A stretch of 64,000 nucleotides of DNA from Candidatus Hydrogenedentota bacterium (GCA_963745075.1 CAVUWV010000003.1:1-64000), one strand, 5' to 3'; counted from the first letter of the stretch, positions 9,394 to 19,535 are shown. The notes: a model not told the origin generated them from the sequence alone. Program-made: numbers and translations.

Positions 9394-10928
9394 TCCCCTT
9401 CACAGTGTTCGAACAAGCGTTCCGCCTCCGAGGGCCCCCACGATCCGGGGCGATACAACTCCGGCGGCGGTGCGCCTTCCCAGGTATCGGCGATTTCCGT
9501 GGCGATTTGCCAGGCGTAGTCGATTTCATCGGTGCGCATGAACAACGTCGAGTCACCGCGCAGCGCGTCGAGGAGCAGGCGTTCGTAGGCTTCGGGCAGT
9601 TCCTCCTGGAAGGTGTGCCCGTAGTTGAAGTCCATGTTGACGGGCTGAATGTTCATTTCCATACCCGGCGGTTTCGCGTTGAACCGGAGCGAAATCGCTT
9701 CGTCGGGCTGGATGCGAAAGGCCAGCATATTGGTCTCCGGCGTGGGGACGCCCATCTCGCGGAAGAAATGGGTGGGCGGTTGTTTGAACTGGACCGCGAT
9801 TTCCGTCACGCGGGTCTTAAGCTGCTTACCGGTCCGCAACATGAACGGCACGCCGGCCCAGCGCCAGTTGTCGATCTTCAGACGCAACGCAACGTAGGTC
9901 TCGGTGACGGAGTCGGGGGCGACCCCTTCTTCCGAGACGTAGCCGGGGATGTCCTGTCCGCCTGCATATTGTCCACGCACGCACCAGTTCGACAGCGGTT
10001 CGTCATCGGGCACGGCGACCGAACTGAGCACTTTCATTTTCTCGTCGCGCGTATGCTTCGCGCCCGGAAGGGCCGGCGGTTCCATGGCGACCAGGCAGAG
10101 GAGTTGGAGCAGATGATTCTGCACGACGTCGCGCAGTGCGCCGGTCTTGTCGTAGAAAGCCCCGCGGCGTCCTTCCATCCCCATGGTTTCGGCCATGGTG
10201 ATCTGCACGTGATCGACATATTTCTGATTGAACAGCGGCTCGAAGATGGCGTTCCCGAACCGGAATGCAAAGATGTTTTGGACCGTCTCTTTGCCCAGGT
10301 AATGATCGATGCGCAGGATTTGATCTTCCGCCAGGACCGCGCCAAGGCGCGCGTTGAGCTCGCGCGCGGATTCGAGATCGTGGCCGAAAGGTTTCTCGAT
10401 CACCACGCGCGTCCAGCGGTCGTCACCCAGCGCACGGATCAGGCCGGCTCGCCCCAAGTCTTCCACGATCGGGGCGAAGAACTCGGGCCCGACGGCGAGG
10501 TAATACAAGCGATGACCAGGCGAACCGGTTTTCTCCTCGATTTCTTCAAGGCGTTTTTTGAGCTTCGTGTAGCCCTCGTCGTCGTTGAACTCGAGTTGCT
10601 GGTAATAGAGATTCGATACGAAGGGATCGCAGTGGTCGCCAAGGTTGTCGCTCGTGCGCGAGTACTTCTTCAGCGCCTCGCACATTTCTTCGCGGAAGTC
10701 GTTGTCCGATTTCGGACGCCGTGCGACGCCGACGACTGCGATACGTTTCGGAAGGAAGTCGGAGTTCCATAGGTTGTATATCGCCGGGACGAGTTTTCGT
10801 CCGGCCAAATCGCCCGTCGCTCCGAAAATGACGACGGTCGCCATCGCTTGTTCGGACACGCGGTGCCGCGAGCCATCGGACGGCGCGGTCTTGCCTTCAA
10901 AGGCGGCTTTCGGTTGCCCTTTCATCAT
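9378..10928 (-). CDS. zwf: Glucose-6-phosphate 1-dehydrogenase
   Basis: IFGATGDLA, EKPFG, RIDHYLGKE, DVVQNHLLQ, RWAGVPF motifs; exact start uncertain. Confidence 0.97.
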   Translation of the reverse strand: MMKGQPKAAFEGKTAPSDGSRHRVSEQAMATVVIFGATGDLAGRKLVPAIYNLWNSDFLPKRIAVVGVARRPKSDNDFREEMCEALKKYSRTSDNLGDHCDPFVSNLYYQQLEFNDDEGYTKLKKRLEEIEEKTGSPGHRLYYLAVGPEFFAPIVEDLGRAGLIRALGDDRWTRVVIEKPFGHDLESARELNARLGAVLAEDQILRIDHYLGKETVQNIFAFRFGNAIFEPLFNQKYVDHVQITMAETMGMEGRRGAFYDKTGALRDVVQNHLLQLLCLVAMEPPALPGAKHTRDEKMKVLSSVAVPDDEPLSNWCVRGQYAGGQDIPGYVSEEGVAPDSVTETYVALRLKIDNWRWAGVPFMLRTGKQLKTRVTEIAVQFKQPPTHFFREMGVPTPETNMLAFRIQPDEAISLRFNAKPPGMEMNIQPVNMDFNYGHTFQEELPEAYERLLLDALRGDSTLFMRTDEIDYAWQIATEIADTWEGAPPPELYRPGSWGPSEAERLFEHCEGEWRKP

Positions 10929-11099
10929 GTACTCCCAGTGTTCGCGCTAAGCAGCTCAAAGACGGGAAATACGATACCACAGGTGCGGGGAGGTTATCCG
11001 CTTTGGGGAGCTTGCGCGGCGTTCCTGGGGTCTGCTGATATGGGAAAGCACATAGTAAGATTCGATTGCCATACGCACGCTAGGCGATCAGACGTCTTC

Positions 11100-11486
11100 T
11101 CAGGATTTTGCACGTACGTGTTTCCCAAGCCATTCCGAAAATACTTCCCGCGACATTTCACCGGACGCAATCTGCAGGATTACGGATTCCTGTTCATCCA
11201 CGGTCGAATCCAATCGGTAGCCATTCAAATCCAGGAAGACTGCCATGGCGGCGTGTCCCACTCGCTTATTGCCATCGACAAACGGGTGGTTGGAGACCAA
11301 CGAATGGCACAGGGCGGCCGCCTTCGCCAGGATCGATGGATACAGATCCTCGCCCCCAAACGTCATCTTTGGTTGTGCGAGAGCAGATTCTATCGTGGAG
11401 AAGTTGAGCACACCCGTCGCGCCGCCAAATTCAGCGATTAGCCGGTGGTGCAATTCGAGTAGCTCCGAGAGCTGCAGGTAGCGCAC
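11100..11486 (-). CDS. doc: Death-on-curing (Doc/Fic) family toxin
   Basis: HPFVDGNKR Doc motif; 128 aa. Confidence 0.9.
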   Translation of the reverse strand: MRYLQLSELLELHHRLIAEFGGATGVLNFSTIESALAQPKMTFGGEDLYPSILAKAAALCHSLVSNHPFVDGNKRVGHAAMAVFLDLNGYRLDSTVDEQESVILQIASGEMSREVFSEWLGKHVRAKS

Positions 11487-11683
11487 TACGCCAGGCGCCG
11501 GTAAAGGTCGGTGTTTGCCTTAAGCACTCGTTCCGCGGAAGCTCGGAACGCCTCGTCAGGCAAGGATAGCATGTCTTCCACCGTCGCGCGGGCAAGCTCT
11601 TCGGGAGATACGTGAAGTTGGTCGGCCATACGCTTCAAATGGTCCAGCCTATCAGCACTGAGATTGATAACGAGCGATTCCAT
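11486..11683 (-). CDS. Putative antitoxin (RHH-like, 65 aa)
   Basis: MESLVINLSADRLDHLKRMA...LYRRLA; GGAG-AAGG RBS; stop overlaps the toxin start; own promoter TTGGCA-17-TACGCT at 11730-11702. Confidence 0.8.
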   Translation of the reverse strand: MESLVINLSADRLDHLKRMADQLHVSPEELARATVEDMLSLPDEAFRASAERVLKANTDLYRRLA

Positions 11684-11757
11684 AAACCTTCTCCTGGCAC
11701 AAGCGTACCACGCAACGGAGTGTTTGCCAAGTACAAGCATGGTCGATGAGTTCTCCG

Positions 11758-12969
11758 CTATGGCGTTGGATTCGCGGCTCTTTGAGCAAACCATTGCTCG
11801 GTCCGAAGGCAGATCCGCACGAGCATGAGCATCACGGGAACTTCGATGAGGACGCCGACGACGGTGGCCAAGGCGGCGCCGCTCGACAGTCCGAAGAGCA
11901 TCACGGCGGTTGCGATGGCGACTTCGAAATGGTTGGATGCGCCAATCATGGCGGTGGGCGCAGCGTCTTCGTAGGAGAGGCGAAGCAGTTTTGCAAGCGC
12001 GTACCCCAGCGCGAAGATGGTGCAGGTCTGAATAAACAAAGGCACGGCAATCCAGAGGATGGTCAGGGGATTGTCGAGGATGACCTGGCCTTTGAATGAG
12101 AACAGCAGAACGAGGGTTATCAGGAGCGCAATGATGGTAACCGGTGTTAGCACGTGGAGGAAACTCTCCTTGAACCATGCCTCGCCCTTGGTGCGCAGAA
12201 TCCATTTCCGCGAAAAGAAACCCGCAACCAGCGGCAAAGCGACGTAGATGCCAATGGAAAGCACCAGCGCCTGCCACGGCACGGGTAGTTTTCCGACGCC
12301 GAGTAGGAAACCGCCGAGTATCCCGTACAGTACGAGCATCGTCAGCGAGTTAATGGCCACCATCACGAGTGTGTGGCCATCGTTGCCGCGGGCGAGGTAG
12401 CCCCACACGAGGACCATGGCGGTGCACGGCGCGACGCCGAGTAGAATGCAGCCCGCGAGGTAACTACGCCAAAGCGGGACGGCAAGCATCTTTATGCCGT
12501 CCTGCATCACGACGGTGCCCGCCCCGTACGTGGCGTCCACCGGCAGGTCGAGGCCGAACGGCATCTTGACGAGGTCGATGGCGTCCGGCGCCGATGAACC
12601 CGCGAAACAATACGCCGAGAAAGAATAAAGCGATGGCGTACATGGTGAAGGGTTTGATGCACCAGTTGATGAACAGTGTCAACGCAACCGGTTTGACGCT
12701 TTTGCCGGCTTTCACGACCTCGGCAAAATCGATCTTCACCATGATGGGATACATCATGAAGAACAGGCAGACCGCAATGGGGATGGATACGACGGGTGCG
12801 CCGTTGACGATACAGGGAAAGTCCGTCGAGATAGCGTCGCGACGCCGGGGGCGATCTTTCCCAATACGATTCCACCCACGATGCACAGGGCGATCCACAA
12901 ACTGAGATACCGCTCGAATACGTTGAGACCCTTGCCTGGGGTCGCCTTTGTCGTCGCAGGACTACTCAT
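11758..12969 (-). CDS. acr3: ACR3 family arsenite efflux transporter (frameshifts near 12835 and 12585)
   Basis: [56 protein letters not shown] spread over three frames. Confidence 0.9.
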
Positions 12970-13415
12970 GATTCGGTCTCCAATGCTTCGGGAAGTCGCT
13001 CGACGTATGCCCGAATCTCGTCACGGACGCGCCGGTAATGCCTTAGCGCCTCTTCTTCCGACGTGGCGTCCTTCGCCAACTGCGGCGGATCGTCGAATCC
13101 GACATGGATTACTTTCGCTTGTTCCGGAAATCGCGGACAGGTCTCGTGGGCGTGGCCGCACACCGTAACAACGTAGTCGAAGGCGACGCCGGCGAGATCA
13201 TCCAAATGCTTGGAATGGTGCCCCGAGATATCGACGCCCGCCTCCGCCATGACCTGCACCGCGCGCGGGTTCATGCCGTGCATCTCGATACCCGCGGAGT
13301 ACGCATCAATCGCGTCACCTTTCAATGTGCGCGCCCACCCCTCCGCCATCTGGCTGCGGCACGAATTGCCCGTGCATAGAAATAGAACCTTTAGTTTTTC
13401 GTCTTCGTGCGACAC
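12966..13415 (-). CDS. arsC: Thioredoxin-coupled arsenate reductase (LMW-PTPase fold)
   Basis: CTGNSCRS P-loop, [12 protein letters not shown] resolving cysteines, FDDP. Confidence 0.92.
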   Translation of the reverse strand: MSHEDEKLKVLFLCTGNSCRSQMAEGWARTLKGDAIDAYSAGIEMHGMNPRAVQVMAEAGVDISGHHSKHLDDLAGVAFDYVVTVCGHAHETCPRFPEQAKVIHVGFDDPPQLAKDATSEEEALRHYRRVRDEIRAYVERLPEALETES

Positions 13416-13771
13416 GTCCGGCCTTTCTTCTTCGTGGACCGCGAACACGATTTCGTCATCACGGCTTCAAATCCGCACAACTCCGGACGCCCGCCGCAAC
13501 AATCCGCCATGAGGTACTGGAACAGTCCCTGAACGCCTTCAAAATCCACGGTATAGACGATCGACCGACTACGCCGACGGCGCTCCAGCAGACCGGCCTG
13601 CGTCAATTGCGCGAGATGGAAAGACAGTGTGGGAGGGGGCACGTCGAGTTCGGTAGCGATGTCCCCGGCGACGAGTCCATCGTGCCCCGCCCCGATTAGA
13701 AGACGGAAGATCGCGAGGCGCGTCTCTTGCGCGAGTGCGGCGAGTTTGGGTGTAGCGTCTTTTATTTCCAT
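13391..13771 (-). CDS. arsR: ArsR family repressor with C-terminal CC-x6-C As(III) site
   Basis: LAALAQETRLAIFRLL...TLSFHL..L..AGL...MADCCGGRPELC. Confidence 0.9.
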   Translation of the reverse strand: MEIKDATPKLAALAQETRLAIFRLLIGAGHDGLVAGDIATELDVPPPTLSFHLAQLTQAGLLERRRRSRSIVYTVDFEGVQGLFQYLMADCCGGRPELCGFEAVMTKSCSRSTKKKGRTCRTKTKN

Positions 13772-13778
13772 ATTTCCA

Positions 13779-13807
13779 AAAATATCAAAATCTAAATCGC
13801 AGGTCAA
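13779..13807 (-). promoter_or_regulatory. sigma70 promoter for arsR-arsC-acr3
   Basis: TTGACC-17 bp-TATTTT ending 7 nt before the arsR ATG. Confidence 0.65.
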
Positions 13808-13824
13808 GTACTTGCCACGTCGTT

Positions 13825-14523
13825 CTACGGCGCGGTGTAGATCATCCAGAGTCCGCCCAGGATGACCAAGAACCCGCAGACGCGTTTCAACACGGTGGCG
13901 CCCCTGGACGCTTCGTTCCAATCGAGGTAGCGCTGTACAACCTCCGTGAAGGTCCCTGCAAACACGATGACGGAGCAGTGCCCAACCCCGTACATGAGAA
14001 GAAGTAGGATTCCATAGGCAAGATTCGTCGAGGCGAGTTTGAAGGTTACGCCGAGCATGGGGGCCATGTACGCAAAGGTGCAAGGGCCCAGTGCGACGCC
14101 AAAGACCAAGCCCAGAATGAACGCAGCCAGCGCTCCTCTCCGTTTCATGTCCACCTGTCCGGGGCCGGACCATGGCATGGGTATCACGTCGAACAGATGC
14201 AGGCCAACCAGAAAGAAGATGGCAGCGACGAAATAGTTGCCGTAGCGCCCAACGTCCCCCATCATTCGGCCCGCGGCCGCAGTGACCGCGCCAATCAGCC
14301 CGATGGTGATCAGAATACCCACGGCAAACAAGGAGGAAATGACGAAGGCCCGCCGGGTCGTGGTTCGTCCCTGGCTGTCGATGAAACCGACAATGAGCGG
14401 AATGCTCGCGAGATGACAGGGACTCAGTACGATGCTGAGCACCCCCCACACCAGGGATGCCGCAATGGCAACGAAGGCGCTTCCCTCGACTGCGTGGGTC
14501 AATGTCACGAATAGGTGTTGCAT
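13825..14523 (-). CDS. ccdA: CcdA/DsbD-type transmembrane disulfide reductase
   Basis: LSPCHLASIP and LGPCT conserved Pro-Cys pairs; about 6 TM helices. Confidence 0.9.
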   Translation of the reverse strand: MQHLFVTLTHAVEGSAFVAIAASLVWGVLSIVLSPCHLASIPLIVGFIDSQGRTTTRRAFVISSLFAVGILITIGLIGAVTAAAGRMMGDVGRYGNYFVAAIFFLVGLHLFDVIPMPWSGPGQVDMKRRGALAAFILGLVFGVALGPCTFAYMAPMLGVTFKLASTNLAYGILLLLMYGVGHCSVIVFAGTFTEVVQRYLDWNEASRGATVLKRVCGFLVILGGLWMIYTAP

Positions 14524-14553
14524 ATCGGCTGGGACCCTACTCTGCGTCGGTCG

Positions 14554-15918
14554 CTATTTGGGCGTGCATTCACCAATCTTGCAGGCCTTGTCGATCTGCT
14601 CGGGCGTGAGCTTCATCTTCGCTGCGAGCGCCTGTTCGATTGTGACCTCATGGCCGGTTGCCAATGGGTGATCTTGAACCCACTGCTCGAGGTTCGCTTC
14701 ACTCGTGAAGAACGCCTGCTTGAAGCAGCCGGTGGACACAATTTGGCCTTCGGTGTCTTTTTTTGCGCCGGCCCACGCGACGGAGGACGCGGGATCGAGT
14801 TCCGCGACGTGGCCGTCATACGTCTTCACTCGGACCGGTTCGCCCGTGAGTGAATCCTTGGCATCCACCTCGATGTCCTCGCCGGTTCGTGCGGCCACGC
14901 CGAGGGCGCACATCACGCAGCATCCGTAGGTCTGCACCCCGCCGACCCGGACGACCGAGGCATCATCGGAATAGACGGGCCGGTTGCAGAATCCACAGCG
15001 CACGGAAGTTTCCTTCGCTTCAAAGGGTTTCCATGCCAACACGTTTCCGCCGGAACGCTGCTGTTCCTGCTTGGCGGCCGCTTCCTCGGCAAACGCCTTG
15101 ATCGTCGGGCGACCGGTCTTATCCGTGCCGTAGAGATATGTGGAGGCTGTCACGGGTACAAGTTGCCCTGTCGACCAGTCGGTGACGGAAGTGTTGTCGT
15201 GCGTCTTACTCGCGTCGGTCAGGCTCGCGAAGGTGATGAGATAACAGTGGGGCGAACAGAAACTGATGTCACCGGCGGGCGTGCGCATGACGGTGCGCGT
15301 CTCGGGCACAATGTCCCCATCGCAGAGGTAGCAGACGCTGTCCTTCGGCCGGGTGTCCGGCTGCGCGGATTCCCAGCGGCTGAACGCGGGCTCGGGTTCC
15401 GGCAAGGGTCCGAGGTCGACTCCCAGTTCCCGCCATTTCGCGAGGATGTCCTCCTTGGCGAAGAAACCGGTGTGCCGGAACAACTCTTTGCCCGAAGCGT
15501 CGTAGAAGATCTGGGTAGGGATTATCTGAATCCCGTACGCGTTTCCGGCGTCCGGGTTCTTCCAGACATCGATGAATTGGACCTCGACTCGGCCCGCATA
15601 CTCCTTCTTCAGTTCATCGAGGATGGGGGCCATCATTTTGCAGGGGATGCATTTGTCCGCGCCAAGATCGATGAGCTTGGGAAGTCCCTGCGAAGACGAC
15701 GGCTTGGAAGGCTCGGGTTCGGGTTCCTCCGCCTTTGCTACGTTCACAGGATCAGAACTCACGGTCTTTTCAGTGGATGCCTCCGGCCCAGGCATCGTCG
15801 TCGCTTCGTTTGCTTCGGCTTGCGTACTTGTGTCCGAATGCCGGTTCTTGAACATGAACGTACCGGCGATCGCACCCGCCAAGAGCAACACGATGAGCAC
15901 TTTCGGCACAGTCTTCAT
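14554..15918 (-). CDS. Membrane-anchored thioredoxin fused to NosL-like and MerB-like domains
   Basis: N-terminal TM/signal; CIPC Trx site with cis-Pro IPT; CYLC..FCSPHC..VTDWSTGQ..AF..E.AA NosL-like; YGCCVMCAL...TGEPVRV...GCFKQAFFTSEANLEQW MerB-like. Confidence 0.75.
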   Translation of the reverse strand: MKTVPKVLIVLLLAGAIAGTFMFKNRHSDTSTQAEANEATTMPGPEASTEKTVSSDPVNVAKAEEPEPEPSKPSSSQGLPKLIDLGADKCIPCKMMAPILDELKKEYAGRVEVQFIDVWKNPDAGNAYGIQIIPTQIFYDASGKELFRHTGFFAKEDILAKWRELGVDLGPLPEPEPAFSRWESAQPDTRPKDSVCYLCDGDIVPETRTVMRTPAGDISFCSPHCYLITFASLTDASKTHDNTSVTDWSTGQLVPVTASTYLYGTDKTGRPTIKAFAEEAAAKQEQQRSGGNVLAWKPFEAKETSVRCGFCNRPVYSDDASVVRVGGVQTYGCCVMCALGVAARTGEDIEVDAKDSLTGEPVRVKTYDGHVAELDPASSVAWAGAKKDTEGQIVSTGCFKQAFFTSEANLEQWVQDHPLATGHEVTIEQALAAKMKLTPEQIDKACKIGECTPK

Positions 15919-15948
15919 TGCGATTTCTCCTTTCCGAGGCTTACCGCT

Positions 15949-16140
15949 TTATTGCCCAGGTGGGTTAGTGGGCGCGCTACTGGCTGCGTCCGCGGCCTCG
16001 GCAATGTTCTCTTCATTCACGGGCTTCTTGCCCTTTTCCATGCCTATGGCTCCCAACTCCACGTACACGTAGTTGGTAAACCCGCTCTTATCGAGTATCT
16101 TCTTGGCGCAAGCCTTGTCGCATCCATCGAGGACTTCTCG
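15949..16140 (-). pseudogene. 5'-truncated DGC-domain (putative Zn-binding) gene remnant
   Basis: Reads VLDGCDKACAKKILDKSG...GMEKGK...stop; in-frame TGA at 16143-16141 and no N-terminal CSG half. Confidence 0.7.
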
Positions 16141-16154
16141 TCACTGATGTGGAA

Positions 16155-16182
16155 GAACAGACGAATCATCTGTCGTCTGTTC
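16155..16182 (-). terminator. Hairpin downstream of fmdE
   Basis: GAACAGACGA / TCGTCTGTTC 10-bp perfect stem with a weak U-tract. Confidence 0.4.
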
Positions 16183-16192
16183 GCGTGTCTCC

Positions 16193-16816
16193 TCAGCGAT
16201 CGCAAGCCTTCTCCCTGCACGGAATACAGACCTTTCTGTCATCCAGCAACCGTCCGTAAGGTTCAACCGTCATCTCGCCGCAGATCTCACAGACGAAGCC
16301 GGAAAACGAATGCGCCGGATCGGTCCACGGCTTCTCGAATACTTCGCCGATTTTCATCAGTTGGTCCTCAGGCGCGTTCATCACACGTTCGACCATCGGT
16401 TCGACAACCTCCGGTGGCACTTGTGATGCGGGAATGCCCTTTTCTCGGTATTTGGTGAAGAATTCGGACTTCTTGTTGGCTACCATCGCCTCGGCGAGAG
16501 GCGTTACGCGCACGGCGCGCCCGCTCTTCTTGTCAATCAACGTAACGCCCCACTTCCCATAGTGGAGCTTCTTGATGTTACCCTTACCGAATGTGCAGCC
16601 CGTGACCATCTGCACGCCGTCGGCAAAGCAGGTGGCACAATGGTCTTCGCCGATTTCTATCAGCGCCATGAGTTGGCCATCCTTGGCGCGCTCGACGCCT
16701 AACTTGTTCATTGCCGCAGCCCCCACGCGCAAGCCCATCGGCATCGCCGGGCACTTATGGCCGTGCAGGGATAAACCCGCTTCGTAATATGCTTTCGGAT
16801 CGATCATTCTCTTCAT
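16193..16816 (-). CDS. FmdE family protein with C-terminal zinc finger
   Basis: HGHKCPAMPMG, CFADGVQMVTGCTFGKGN, CEICGE...CIPC. Confidence 0.9.
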   Translation of the reverse strand: MKRMIDPKAYYEAGLSLHGHKCPAMPMGLRVGAAAMNKLGVERAKDGQLMALIEIGEDHCATCFADGVQMVTGCTFGKGNIKKLHYGKWGVTLIDKKSGRAVRVTPLAEAMVANKKSEFFTKYREKGIPASQVPPEVVEPMVERVMNAPEDQLMKIGEVFEKPWTDPAHSFSGFVCEICGEMTVEPYGRLLDDRKVCIPCREKACDR

Positions 16817-16857
16817 CTCCTTGCTTCAGTTTTCGTGTATGCTGTTATGCATAGGCC

Positions 16858-17649
16858 TTACAGGGCAGCATTGAGAAACATCAAGGCGGCGATGGCCATA
16901 AGAAACCAGCCGAAGCCCTTCTTTAGCTTCTTCCTGTCAAAGCCAATCGCGATGTGACCGCCGATTTGGCCGCCGATAAACACCGCCACCGCCAGAATCA
17001 ATGACGTTTTCCAGTCCCAGTGCCCGCTGATGACATGGCCGGTGAAACCACCCGCGGCGGTCAGACCGACCATGAAGGCGCTCGACCCAACGGCAATGTC
17101 CATTGGGATGCCGAACAGCAACACCATCATGGGCACCTTCAGAATTCCCCCTCCGACGCCGACCATTCCGCTGACCAGGCCAGCCAGAAGAGAAACCGGT
17201 AAAGCCACCGCCAAATTGATGCAATAGCGGTTTTCACCAAGCCTGCGTTTCCAGGCCAGCAGGCCCCGGCTTTCCTCTGGACATTTGTGCTGCCAGTCGA
17301 ATGTACGAATCATAAAATAGGCGGCAACCAGAAGGACGCAGGCAAACAGCATGGAAAGGAATCCACTGGAGAATCGCCCGGAGCCAAGACCTCCGACGAA
17401 TCCCCCCAATGCCGTGACAGTTTCCAGAACCAGAGCCAGTGGCCAATCGATCTTGCCAGCCTTTCTGAACACCAACGTTGAGGAGAGCGAAAGCGTCATG
17501 ATCAGAAACAGACTTGTCGTTGCTGCCGTGTGAAAGTCAATCCCCAGCCACACTTGGATCGGTGTATAGAGCGCGCCCCCTCCCTGGCCGAGCATGGAAA
17601 ACACCACAGCGACAACGAACAGAAGACCGGTGAGCAACAGAAACATCAT
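16858..17649 (-). CDS. TauE/SafE (TSUP) family membrane transporter
   Basis: LGQGGG and GMVGVGGG repeats; about 8 TM helices. Confidence 0.9.
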   Translation of the reverse strand: MMFLLLTGLLFVVAVVFSMLGQGGGALYTPIQVWLGIDFHTAATTSLFLIMTLSLSSTLVFRKAGKIDWPLALVLETVTALGGFVGGLGSGRFSSGFLSMLFACVLLVAAYFMIRTFDWQHKCPEESRGLLAWKRRLGENRYCINLAVALPVSLLAGLVSGMVGVGGGILKVPMMVLLFGIPMDIAVGSSAFMVGLTAAGGFTGHVISGHWDWKTSLILAVAVFIGGQIGGHIAIGFDRKKLKKGFGWFLMAIAALMFLNAAL

Positions 17650-17855
17650 TACGATTCCCGACTACGCGGGATGCAGGCTCTACCGGTTTCCGAAATGACG
17701 GGCAATTTCTTGTCCTGGGCCCGTTGGACTCCGAGCCGTTCCATAGCCGCGAGGCCAGCCCGAAGGCCCAAGGGCATTGCAGGACATCGGTGACCGTGAA
17801 ATGCGATTCCCATTTCCAACAGTGATTTGTCCATCTCAGTCCTTCCTTCTGCCAA
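17649..17855 (-). pseudogene. 3'-truncated FmdE paralog
   Basis: [20 protein letters not shown] matches the start of the full fmdE at 16193-16816 but the ORF ends after 68 aa. Confidence 0.75.
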
Positions 17856-17909
17856 CTCGTGGCACGGTGTTAAGCGGAGTACCTGAGGCGCCGCTACCGC
17901 ACTTCACCG

Positions 17910-18143
17910 CTACCGCAGCATTTCCTCGACTTCCTCTTTCGATGGCACCTTACCAGCGACTTTGACCTTACCGTCCACGGCGAGAGCGGGCGTCGCCATC
18001 ACGCCGAAGGAAACGATTTCGTTGATATCCGTGACTTTGACGAGTTCGTAATCCAGATTTAGTCCGCGCGCGGCCTCTTCGGTGACTTCGGCCAGCTTCT
18101 GACACTTGGCACAACCGGTTCCGAGTACTTGTAGTTTCTTCAT
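17910..18143 (-). CDS. Small redox-active disulfide protein (Thioredoxin_3, MTH895-like)
   Basis: VLGTGCAKC...GVMATPALAVDG. Confidence 0.92.
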   Translation of the reverse strand: MKKLQVLGTGCAKCQKLAEVTEEAARGLNLDYELVKVTDINEIVSFGVMATPALAVDGKVKVAGKVPSKEEVEEMLR

Positions 18144-18161
18144 GGTGATGTCCCCTCTTGG

Positions 18162-19467
18162 TTAGGCGTTGGTGATGAACCCGAATAACAAACCGCTGAT
18201 GGTCGCCATGACGATCACCAGCGACACGAAAACGACGGTCTTTCTCGTGCCGAGCACGCTGCGGATGACCAGCATATTGGGCAGCGATAAGGCAGGCCCG
18301 GCGAGCAAGAGCGCGAGTGCGGGACCCTTGCCCATGCCGGCGCCGAGGAGCCCTTGCAGGATCGGCACTTCGGTGAGCGTGGCGAAGTACATGAACGCGC
18401 CCACGACGGCCGCGAAGAAGTTTGAGAAGAACGAGTTGCCGCCGACGAGTCCGGCGATCCATGCGTTCGGGATGAGGCCTTCCTCGCCGGGCCGACCCAG
18501 AAGCAAACCCGCAGCCAACACACCGAGGAGCAGCAGCGGCAGGATCAGTTTGGCGAATCCCCACGACGCGTCCATCCAATCCCGTGACTCGCCCGGCGTG
18601 GCAATGGCGATGACGGTGAAACCCAGCGCGCCCACGGCGAAGACGGCCTCGGGATGGTTTGGTGCGACCCACGCGGCGATGCCCACGGGAATCGCTGCGG
18701 ACACGATCTTCCACCACGCGACACGGAACCACGCGATCAACATGATCGCGAAGCCGACTGCTGCCACGCCCGTTATCCACCATTTCAGGGCATAGACCTC
18801 GGCCCAGATTCCAGAGGACGTAGCTGGCTTCGCCCAGTTCGCAAAGACGAGAATCGCCACCATCGATGCGAAATAGAGCGACGTCTGCCAGAGGGGGCGA
18901 GACGCATCATCCGTAGGCAGAACCGGAGCATTGGCGGCCTTTTCCCGTTCTTCGTTGTGAAAGATAAGGTGCATCAACAGACCGATAACGACGCTGAAGA
19001 CGATGGCCCCGACGGCACGGGCGATGCCGAGTTCGAGTCCCAGCACCCGTGCGGTAAGAATGATGGCCAGCACGTTGATGGCCGGGCCGGAGTAGAGAAA
19101 GGCCGTGGCAGGACCCAGCCCCGCGCCCATGCGGTAGATGCCGGCAAAAAGCGGCAGCACCGTGCACGAGCATACGGCGAGGATGCTGCCGGATACCGAT
19201 GCCACGCCGTAGGCCAAGGCTTTTGGCGCATTCGCGCCGAGGTACTTCATCACCGAAGCCTGGCTCACGAAGACCGCGATGGCGCCCGCGATGAAGAACG
19301 CCGGCACCAGACAAAGTATCACGTGTTCCCGCGCATACCATTTGGCGAGGTGGAAGGCTTCGAGCAGCGGCGTTGTCGAATCGCGCGCTTCCCACGGGCA
19401 GGTAGAAGCAGAGGAGGAATCCCCCGAGTACCAGCGCAACGGACTTCCACTCTTTCTTCCACGACAT
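18162..19467 (-). CDS. DUF318/ArsP-type permease (frameshift near 19370)
   Basis: AVCSCTVLPLF, FLYSGPAIN, MYFATLTEVP, LLAGPALSLP; N-terminus MSWKKEWK lies in a second frame. Confidence 0.88.
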
Positions 19468-19535
19468 CGCGAACGGCTTTCTAATGCTTATTTGGCAAAG
19501 CAACCAACAAGTTGGGTAAATTTTTTTGGCGAGGT

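Noticed and set aside
16141..16143. In-frame TGA before the DGC fragment as selenocysteine
   Set aside because: It is not at a conserved Cys position and the upstream frame has no DGC-like sequence, so truncation fits better.
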